Assembly: GCA_001192655.1 (NCBI GenBank)
Contig: BBVC01000077.1
Span: 1 to 6,164, forward strand
Length of the DNA: 6,164 nt
Source of the DNA: Caedimonas varicaedens
GTDB lineage: Bacteria; Pseudomonadota; Alphaproteobacteria; Caedimonadales; Caedimonadaceae
Direction: 5' to 3'
The notes below the pieces were generated by a model that was not told the DNA's origin, made no database searches, and worked only from the letters and a program-made list of their open reading frames with translations. Both the position numbers and the translations under genes were made by a program. Below, one piece after another: positions 1 through 4,863 of this stretch; position 1 is the first letter of the stretch, and each line of letters begins with the position of its first letter.

Positions 1-477
1 AACTTAAATGATGTTACTTATCATATTACAGGTCATAGTCGAGGAACAGGATTTGTACCACAAACAGTCGAATCTCTCTTAAATCTCGATATTCCTCCTC
101 AAAACATTCGAGCTGTTTGTTTTAGTCCGCTTAAAGTCTACAGTTTACAAAAAGCGCAAGAATATAATCAAAAGTTTGGAGATCGCTTTCATCTCAATTT
201 TAAGGCAGAAGAAGATACCGTGGAGGAGATGGCGATGGCGGGCGTTAATTTCTTAAAGCAAACACCTAATAATACAATATACTCTACTGTAGGTCGAACG
301 TTTACTTATAAAGCAACAGATTATCAAGAATTCAATCAATGGGTATATAAGAATCCTTATATACACTTGGATCCTAGTGCGCGATATCTCAAGCTGTTTC
401 TCTCACCGCTCAATTGGGGAGCACATATGCCAGAGGCTTATCTGCTAACAGCTCCCAACGCATGGAAATCGCAATAG
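1..477 (+). CDS. Class-3-lipase-like alpha/beta hydrolase, 3' portion (5' end lies outside the window)
   Basis: Frame 1 has no stop from nt 1 to the TAG at 475-477, so the 220..477 track ORF (GTG start) is only the tail of a longer ORF. Translation starts NLNDVTYHITGHSRGTGF..., with a G-x-S-x-G nucleophile elbow (GHSRG, Ser codon 37-39). It continues IRAVCFSPLKVYSLQKAQEYNQKFGDRFHLNFKAEEDTV (candidate Asp codon 214-216) and later WGAHMPEAY (candidate His codon 424-426). The Ser-to-Asp spacing of 59 residues equals that of Rhizomucor miehei lipase (S144/D203, as I recall it). Confidence 0.6.
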   Translation, partial: NLNDVTYHITGHSRGTGFVPQTVESLLNLDIPPQNIRAVCFSPLKVYSLQKAQEYNQKFGDRFHLNFKAEEDTVEEMAMAGVNFLKQTPNNTIYSTVGRTFTYKATDYQEFNQWVYKNPYIHLDPSARYLKLFLSPLNWGAHMPEAYLLTAPNAWKSQ

Positions 478-505
478 CGGCCTCGAAGGGGTCGCATGCG
501 CTTCG
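477..505. other. GC-rich structured segment just after the lipase-like stop codon. Possible weak terminator or IS200-type subterminal hairpin remnant.
   Basis: gcggcc (477-482) pairs with ggtcgc (490-495), including one G-T pair, around a 7-nt loop. Alternatively cgaag (484-488) pairs with cttcg (501-505), enclosing the 8-bp palindrome cgcatgcg (493-500). There is no following T-tract. The segment lies between the lipase-like stop and the 3' end of the IS200-like relic. Confidence 0.3.
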
Positions 506-507
506 GT

Positions 508-841
508 TTAGAACATTTGTAGTTGACCATTGTTCTGGTTTTTATCTTGGTTCTTGACGTATCTTTCTGCAACTATCCAATTGCCGCTCTCTCCTACTGT
601 GACGGCATAGTACTCATCTGTCCAAAATTCTCCGCCCAAGAAATCTTTTGAAAAGCTCCCATGCTATCAGACTTTTGAACTTTCTGACTACTTCATCAAT
701 GCTATACCTCATGCAAAACCAAAGGGAATATCCAGGTTCAAATGGGTTTGGGTTATCTCTTTTTAAAAAAACTTGACAGATTTTGGCAAATAATGCCAAT
801 GTGATGAATATTGCATTTTTACTATGATATAAAGGAATTGA
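508..841 (-). pseudogene. tnpA: IS200/IS605-family (Y1/HUH) transposase tnpA relic, frameshifted and degenerate
   Basis: The - strand translation of 511-636 reads GGEFWTDEYYAVTVGESGNWIVAERYVKNQDKNQNNGQLQMF, with the stop at 508-510. This matches the conserved IS200 TnpA C-terminus (LWGGxFWSxGYFxxTVGxxGNxxxIxxYVxNQ), including the catalytic-Tyr helix. The upstream part is in another frame (track ORF 614..799, TTG start): ...YSIDEVVRKFKSLIAWELFKRFLG, resembling PxYSxSxxVxxxKSxxAREIFKxF. A 1-nt frame break lies at about 634-640. The His-hydrophobic-His motif position reads YSLWF, so it is lost. The total length is shorter than an intact tnpA. Confidence 0.55.
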
Positions 842-863
842 TCATGTATAAGGTTTAGAAGGG

Positions 864-1140
864 ATGAAAAAAGGTTATTTGATGTTCCAGATTTCCTCTT
901 CCTTGCAGCGTCATTTTAAAGGATGTTGTTCCCCCCTTTCAGGGATTATGTTGTTTGTTTACATGAAATGTCGATTTTCCCTCAGTTACCATGAACTGGA
1001 AGAAATAATACTCATGCGAGGAACATTTGTAGATCACTCAACGCTTCAATGATGGGTGATAGGCTTCCTTCCGTTGATTGATCAGCGTGCACCGTTGCAA
1101 GAAGCCTGTGAATGGCAGCTAGCGGATGGATGAAACAAAG
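864..1140 (+). pseudogene. IS6-family (IS26-like) DDE transposase, N-terminal relic with a nonsense codon and a frameshift, truncated just after the first catalytic Asp
   Basis: The translation is ...QRHFKGCCSPLSGIMLFVYMKCRFSLSYHELEEIILMRGTFVDHSTLQ*WVIGFLPLIDQRAPLQEACEWQLA, then a +1 shift, then MDETKMKK. This aligns with the IS26 Tnp N-terminus as I recall it (NPFKGRHFQRDIILWAVRWYCKYGISYRELQEMLAERGVNVDHSTIYRWVQRYAPEMEKRL...PWHMDETYVKVNG). The TGA at 1050-1052 sits where the conserved Arg is (CGA->TGA). A frame change occurs between W (1113-1115) and ATG 1126. Similarity may persist to about 1165 (KMKKQY.NL against KIKGQW.YL). No DDE core follows. Confidence 0.6.
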
Positions 1141-2175
1141 ATGAAAAAACAATATGATAATTTGGGGATAATAAAAAAATTATCTCTGGCTGCTGTGTTA
1201 ATAATGACTTTGCCCGTTGCTTTTTGCAGTGATCCTACTGAGTGGGATGCTAACAAGGGATCCATAATCCTCCCTAAAGAGATAGTCACACATGCTTTCT
1301 CATATCTTCCTGTTGAAGATCTGGGTAATATGGCTTTGGTTTCCAAAGGCTTTAAAGAAATTTCAGAGCAAGATATCCTTTGGAAAAATTGGATTTCTGG
1401 CGTTAATACAAAGAGAGAATTTGTCGAATATGTCACCCCTGGTGTGATTATGTACAACCTTGGCAATTTCAACGAGATATTTATTTCCCCATATGATTTA
1501 TTTACTATATTAAATGCGGGTAGAATATCTGTGAATGAGTCTTTATATCAGTTCAAAAACTCTCGTATTACAACTCCGAAAGGGGAGCTTCTGAGTATTA
1601 TTCAGGTGATGGAGCACTGTGGTAGCCCCCATATAATGTTAAATAACGATCAATCTGTCTCTCTGATTTATGAAGAATGCGAGCGATATTATTTTAGAGT
1701 TCAGTTCGAAGCAGTAGAAGAAAACCTCAACAAATTCATTAATTTAGTTGCACCAACCCCACGTACTGATATTCATTGGAATGGACCTGAAGTCGGTGAA
1801 CTTTATATAAAGCGTCTCAATTGTTTAAGCGATCATTATAAGCCCCATTATAACTACTGGGGACGTAATCGTGCTTTTGACGAGTTAGAGGAGCTATTGT
1901 ATGGCTTTGGTAATGTGATAAACGCATCCAATGACATAAAAGATGCAGCGGTGCTTTTCTTTGTTCAAAAATATGTGGATTTTAGAGCAAAGAATTCTAG
2001 CCCGTGGGGTGATGGCTCTTATGCTGAAGATTACCTTCACCAGGTTTTAGCCCAGATCAGACAGGCTCTTCAAACAGACTTTGTGTCAACGGATTATATT
2101 CCTCCTCTGGAATATGTTGTGGCAAATGAAGCTCTTCCTGAAAAGATAAGAGAGTATTATTCGAGGCCCTTCTAA
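1126..2175 (+). CDS. F-box domain protein (eukaryotic-like, putative host-ubiquitination effector) with an unassigned C-terminal region
   Basis: This is the longest ORF in the accessory part (349 aa). Residues 47-89 match the F-box consensus. An N-terminal hydrophobic stretch KKLSLAAVLIMTLPVAFC precedes it. The start is uncertain among ATG 1126, ATG 1141 (MKKQYDNL..., with ggatgga upstream) and ATG 1204 (MTLPVAFC...), because the first codons look derived from the IS6 relic. Stop TAA at 2173-2175. Confidence 0.7.
   Translation: MDETKMKKQYDNLGIIKKLSLAAVLIMTLPVAFCSDPTEWDANKGSIILPKEIVTHAFSYLPVEDLGNMALVSKGFKEISEQDILWKNWISGVNTKREFVEYVTPGVIMYNLGNFNEIFISPYDLFTILNAGRISVNESLYQFKNSRITTPKGELLSIIQVMEHCGSPHIMLNNDQSVSLIYEECERYYFRVQFEAVEENLNKFINLVAPTPRTDIHWNGPEVGELYIKRLNCLSDHYKPHYNYWGRNRAFDELEELLYGFGNVINASNDIKDAAVLFFVQKYVDFRAKNSSPWGDGSYAEDYLHQVLAQIRQALQTDFVSTDYIPPLEYVVANEALPEKIREYYSRPF
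1264..1392 (+). other. F-box motif within the 1126..2175 CDS
   Basis: IILPKEIVTHAFSYLPVEDLGNMALVSKGFKEISEQDILWKNW compared with the F-box consensus LPxEIxxxIFxxLxxxDLxxxxxVSKxWxxLxxDxxLW. The LP, EI, F.YL, DL, LVSK and D..LWK positions are all present. Confidence 0.7.
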
Positions 2176-2222
2176 GCTCTTAGGTTGTATTCTCTAGGAA
2201 GAAATTAAGACAACCCCTAATC

Positions 2223-2258
2223 TTATCGAGAGCTTCCTTATCAAGAAGCTCTCGATAA
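2223..2258. terminator. Perfect 14-bp inverted repeat (hairpin) 47 nt downstream of the F-box gene. Possible terminator, but it lacks a U-tract.
   Basis: ttatcgagagcttc (2223-2236) and gaagctctcgataa (2245-2258) are exact reverse complements around the 8-nt loop cttatcaa. The flanks are aggtttaaac on the + strand and a non-T-rich sequence on the - strand. Confidence 0.35.
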
Positions 2259-2469
2259 AGGTTTAAACTCTCTCTGAGTATCATTGATAATCAGGAAAAA
2301 CAGGATGTTTGATCAGCGTAACTTCAATTCAACGATTGATTCGATAACAAGAGCTTTCACTCAACCCGTAATTTCTAAGTAGGTGCGATTCTCGCAAATA
2401 CTCCAATGTCATCAAGAGACGATCGTGCATACTTAACTTCTGTTAGACGACGAGAAAAATCCCATCCTA

Positions 2470-2511
2470 AATCTTTAATCTTTAATCTTTAATCTTTAAT
2501 CTTTAATCTTT
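2470..2511. repeat. Heptanucleotide tandem repeat (AATCTTT)x6
   Basis: Six exact, contiguous copies of aatcttt counted base by base from 2470 to 2511. The array is intergenic, between the convergent F-box gene and the 2697..3218 (-) gene. Confidence 0.95.
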
Positions 2512-2696
2512 TCATATTTTATGACTATAAAACCTCTCTCTCATAGCCAGAAATATCTATTAAACAAGATTATGCAAGAACTCTAATCAATGTATAGCAA
2601 AATAATGAATCGGTATTTGAAGAGTGAGAATATTAAAAAAAGCCTTGAAAAGCCTGTCCTGAAAAATACAGTTTTTCTCGAAAGCCACCACACAAC

Positions 2697-3218
2697 TCAC
2701 GATTCTTTAACAGTTTTCCAATAATCTGCCATTTCCTGGTAAAAGTCAGCTTTTTGAAAAAAAAGCTGTGCGTTAAAATCACTGGGAATATAGGTTTTTT
2801 TATAATAATGTGCTGAAGAGGCGCGCGCCTTGCTGAAAGGATCAACTTTCAGGGAATGAGAAGATTTTGAAGATCTTATTCTGTCAACAAAAAGTTGATC
2901 CTGTTGCCCCTGAAGTCTGACCGTATAAGACTTTACGATATTCTTTTGCTCTTCTGCCTGACGGCGATAGGCTGTGGTCACGGCTTCATAATATTTTTCC
3001 AACGCCTGGGGATCCTCTTCATCCTCGGCAATGGGAGATGGAAAATCCTTTATATTTTTTTCCTCTGGGATCATGGGAAATTCCGTTTGATCAATCGTGT
3101 ATGTTGTTAAATACCAGGCATTAGACTCAGGCATTTCACCCTGCTTGAAACTGTACCCTGTGGATGATATCATTATCATCCATAAAGTTACATAGAGGGA
3201 AGATTTTGAAATTCTCAT
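2697..3218 (-). CDS. Hypothetical protein, probably exported (173 aa), no recognisable family
   Basis: ATG at 3216-3218 (-) is preceded by GAGGAGAAAAAA, a good Shine-Dalgarno sequence at proper spacing. The N-terminus MRISKSSLYVTLWMIMISSTGYSF looks like a signal peptide or membrane anchor. There is an acidic central stretch, PSPIAEDEEDPQALEKYYE. Stop TGA at 2697-2699 (-). It is longer and better supported than the overlapping ORFs 2895..3110 (+) and 2633..2845 (-). Confidence 0.6.
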   Translation of the reverse strand: MRISKSSLYVTLWMIMISSTGYSFKQGEMPESNAWYLTTYTIDQTEFPMIPEEKNIKDFPSPIAEDEEDPQALEKYYEAVTTAYRRQAEEQKNIVKSYTVRLQGQQDQLFVDRIRSSKSSHSLKVDPFSKARASSAHYYKKTYIPSDFNAQLFFQKADFYQEMADYWKTVKES

Positions 3219-3248
3219 TTTTTTCTCCTCATATTTATTCTATCGATT

Positions 3249-3297
3249 GTTAATCAGAGAGATTAATAATCATTTAATAACAAATGAGCTGATTAAC
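3249..3297. promoter_or_regulatory. Nested inverted repeats in the divergent promoter region between the hypothetical gene and lepB (candidate operator)
   Basis: gttaatcag (3249-3257) and ctgattaac (3289-3297) are exact reverse complements. Inside them, ttaatc (3250-3255), agaga and gattaa (3261-3266) form a second palindrome. TTAATC/GATTAA therefore occurs three times in about 50 bp. The AT-rich context lowers its significance. Confidence 0.3.
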
Positions 3298-3367
3298 TTT
3301 TCTTCCCATTTGCAATAAATTCCGTTATTGTCAGCATAACTTTTAAATAAAATGAGTTAATTAAAAG

Positions 3368-4168
3368 ATGTTTGGAAAAGAAAAAGCACAAAAACAGCCT
3401 GAAACCCTAGGCGAATTCATACGCTCAATTCTTATAGCAATCCTGTTTGCAATGGGGATTCAGACTGTCGCCTATCAGACTTTTAATATTCCCTCAGGAT
3501 CGATGAAACCCAATCTTCTGATCGGAGATTTTATTTTTGTCAGTAAGTTTGCCTATGGTTATACCCATTATTCAATCCCTTTTAGTCCACCCCTTTTTGA
3601 AGGACGACTTTTTGGCTCTGAACCAAAACGGGGTGAGGTTGTCGTCTTTCGCGCTCCTCATAAAACGAATAGCGAGGATTGGATTAAGCGTTGTATTGGT
3701 CTTCCTGGAGACAAGATTCAAATGCGCGGGGGTGTTCTTTTTATCAATGATCAAGAATGCCCATTAGAGAAACTGGACGGAGATTTTCTGGATACTCTAT
3801 ACATAAAATACAATGGCGATGGAACAGAAGAGCGTATACTTGATAAAAATGGACCCTCTATTGAACGCTATATGCAAACGCTTCCCAATGGCGTCAAGCA
3901 TATCATTATTAAGGAAAAGCCCTTTGGCTTGGCTCGCCTTGATAATACGCCTGAGCTCGTGGTTCCTGCCGGACATTATTTCATGATGGGTGATAATCGA
4001 GACGGATCGGATGATAGTCGAAATCAACAGGCGTTGGGGTTTGTCCCCTATGAGAACTTGATCGGTCGTGCTGAACTTATTTTTTTCTCGACAGAAGCGC
4101 GATGGTGGGAGTTTTGGAATTGGCTAACCGGTATTCGCTTTAATCGACTCTTGAATGTTATTCGTTAA
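3368..4168 (+). CDS. lepB: Signal peptidase I (leader peptidase)
   Basis: The 266-aa product has an N-terminal TM segment (FIRSILIAILFAMGI), the catalytic Ser box IPSGSMKPNL (Ser codon 3500-3502), the Lys box KRCIGLPGD and box E GDNRDGSDDSR. It sits at the head of the conserved lepB-rnc-era arrangement. Confidence 0.95.
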   Translation: MFGKEKAQKQPETLGEFIRSILIAILFAMGIQTVAYQTFNIPSGSMKPNLLIGDFIFVSKFAYGYTHYSIPFSPPLFEGRLFGSEPKRGEVVVFRAPHKTNSEDWIKRCIGLPGDKIQMRGGVLFINDQECPLEKLDGDFLDTLYIKYNGDGTEERILDKNGPSIERYMQTLPNGVKHIIIKEKPFGLARLDNTPELVVPAGHYFMMGDNRDGSDDSRNQQALGFVPYENLIGRAELIFFSTEARWWEFWNWLTGIRFNRLLNVIR

Positions 4169-4191
4169 AGGCAAATGTTGAAAAAAAAGCA

Positions 4192-4863
4192 GTGAAAAAA
4201 TCTTTAGAGGAAATTTTAAACTATCAATTCCATCAACCTTCTCTGCTGATTGAAGCGTTAACGCATGCCAGCGCAAAGGGAAAAAAATGCGATAATGAAC
4301 GCCTTGAATTCCTGGGCGACCGCGTTCTAGGGCTTGTGATAGCTAAAACTCTTTATCACCGTTTTCCTGAAGAAAGGGAAGGTGAGCTTGCGGCAAAACA
4401 AGCACACCTTGTCAGTCGCGAAGTGTTAGGACAAGTTGCTGAAAAACTGAAACTTGATGAGATGCTGAAAGTCGCGTACAGAGATCGTGCAGCAGGGTTT
4501 TTCAAGAATAAGGCGCTGATCGCCAATGCATGTGAAGCACTTATAGCGGCACTCTTTCTGGATGGTGGGTTGGAAGTGGCCGAGCGATTTATTCTTCACT
4601 ATTGGGCTGAAGCGTTGAATGCTTCAGAAACTCTTGAGAGAGACGCAAAATCATTGTTGCAAGAATGGGCGCAAGGTCTGAAAAAACCTGCTCCTACTTA
4701 TATTCTTATTCGTCAAACAGGCCCCGATCACGACCCTCTTTTTGAAATCGGCGTACAGGTAAAGGGATTAGAGATGGTGACAGGCAAGGGTTACTCTAAA
4801 CGAGAAGCAGAGCAAAATGCTGCAAAAGTTCTCTTCAATCAAATTCGAGGTCATAATGCCTAA
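4192..4863 (+). CDS. rnc: Ribonuclease III
   Basis: The 223-aa product carries the RNase III signature NERLEFLGDRVLG (4294-4332) and a C-terminal dsRBD (KSLLQEWAQ...PTYILIRQTGPDHDPLFEIGVQV...GKGYSKREAEQNAAKVLF). The GTG start at 4192 is the only in-frame start that keeps the conserved N-terminus LEEILNYQFHQPSLLIEALTHAS. No clear SD. It lies 23 nt after the lepB stop, across an A8 run. Confidence 0.93.
   Translation: MKKSLEEILNYQFHQPSLLIEALTHASAKGKKCDNERLEFLGDRVLGLVIAKTLYHRFPEEREGELAAKQAHLVSREVLGQVAEKLKLDEMLKVAYRDRAAGFFKNKALIANACEALIAALFLDGGLEVAERFILHYWAEALNASETLERDAKSLLQEWAQGLKKPAPTYILIRQTGPDHDPLFEIGVQVKGLEMVTGKGYSKREAEQNAAKVLFNQIRGHNA

Noticed and set aside
220-477. Track ORF of 85 aa as a stand-alone gene starting at GTG 220
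   Set aside because: The same frame is open all the way back to nt 1 and carries the GHSRG lipase elbow upstream. It is the tail of a longer CDS that enters from the left edge.
614-799. 61-aa ORF (-) as an intact gene
   Set aside because: It starts at TTG and has no SD. It is one frame-fragment of the IS200/IS605 tnpA relic, whose conserved C-terminal block continues in another frame down to 508.
511-1032. Exact 12-nt direct repeat gaacatttgtag at 511-522 and 1021-1032 as target-site duplication or IS termini
   Set aside because: About one chance 12-mer pair is expected in 6.2 kb (roughly 1.9e7 pairs times 4^-12), and more in AT-rich DNA. The two copies lie inside the coding remnants of two unrelated IS families, not at element ends.
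864-1052. 62-aa ORF (+) as an intact gene, or its TGA at 1050-1052 as Trp or selenocysteine recoding
   Set aside because: It is the N-terminal fragment of an IS6-type transposase. The TGA aligns with a conserved Arg (CGA->TGA), not Trp. TGA is used as a genuine stop by era (5750-5752) and the 2697..3218 gene. A second disruption (a frameshift) follows, so this is decay rather than recoding.
1119-1472. 117-aa ORF on the - strand
   Set aside because: It is entirely antisense to the longer F-box ORF. It has no motif and a low-complexity, odd composition, so it is a typical shadow ORF.
2329-2430. 33-aa - strand ORF (MHDRLLMTLEYLRESHLLRNYGLSESSCYRINR) as a helix-turn-helix gene or IS OrfA remnant
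   Set aside because: It is too short, has no SD and the resemblance is vague. It cannot be supported without a database search, so it is mentioned only as a possibility within the intergenic-gap finding.
2470-2511. The tandem repeat as a CRISPR array or a minisatellite-encoded peptide repeat
   Set aside because: The units are 7 bp, contiguous and without spacers, so this is not CRISPR architecture. A 7-bp unit cannot encode a periodic peptide, and no ORF spans it.
2633-3110. ORFs 2633..2845 (-) and 2895..3110 (+)
   Set aside because: Both overlap the 2697..3218 (-) ORF, which is longer and has a strong SD. They have no start context or motifs. Their Phe, Ile and Leu-rich sequences are typical of off-frame or antisense translation of AT-rich DNA.
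3310-3340. Sigma-70 promoter for lepB (TTGCAA at 3310-3315 with a downstream -10)
   Set aside because: The -35-like hexamer is good. The best -10 candidates (agcata, cataac) are poor or sit at 19-nt spacing. It is not convincing enough to annotate.
3537-4027. ORFs 3537..3767 (+), 3572..3754 (-) and 3797..4027 (-)
   Set aside because: All are nested within lepB, whose frame carries every signal peptidase I signature box. They are shadow ORFs.
4817-4855. Era start at ATG 4817, as in the ORF track
   Set aside because: It adds 13 residues (MLQKFSSIKFEVI) that lie inside the rnc dsRBD coding region and have no SD. ATG 4856 has GAGG upstream and gives the usual short Era N-terminus before the P-loop.
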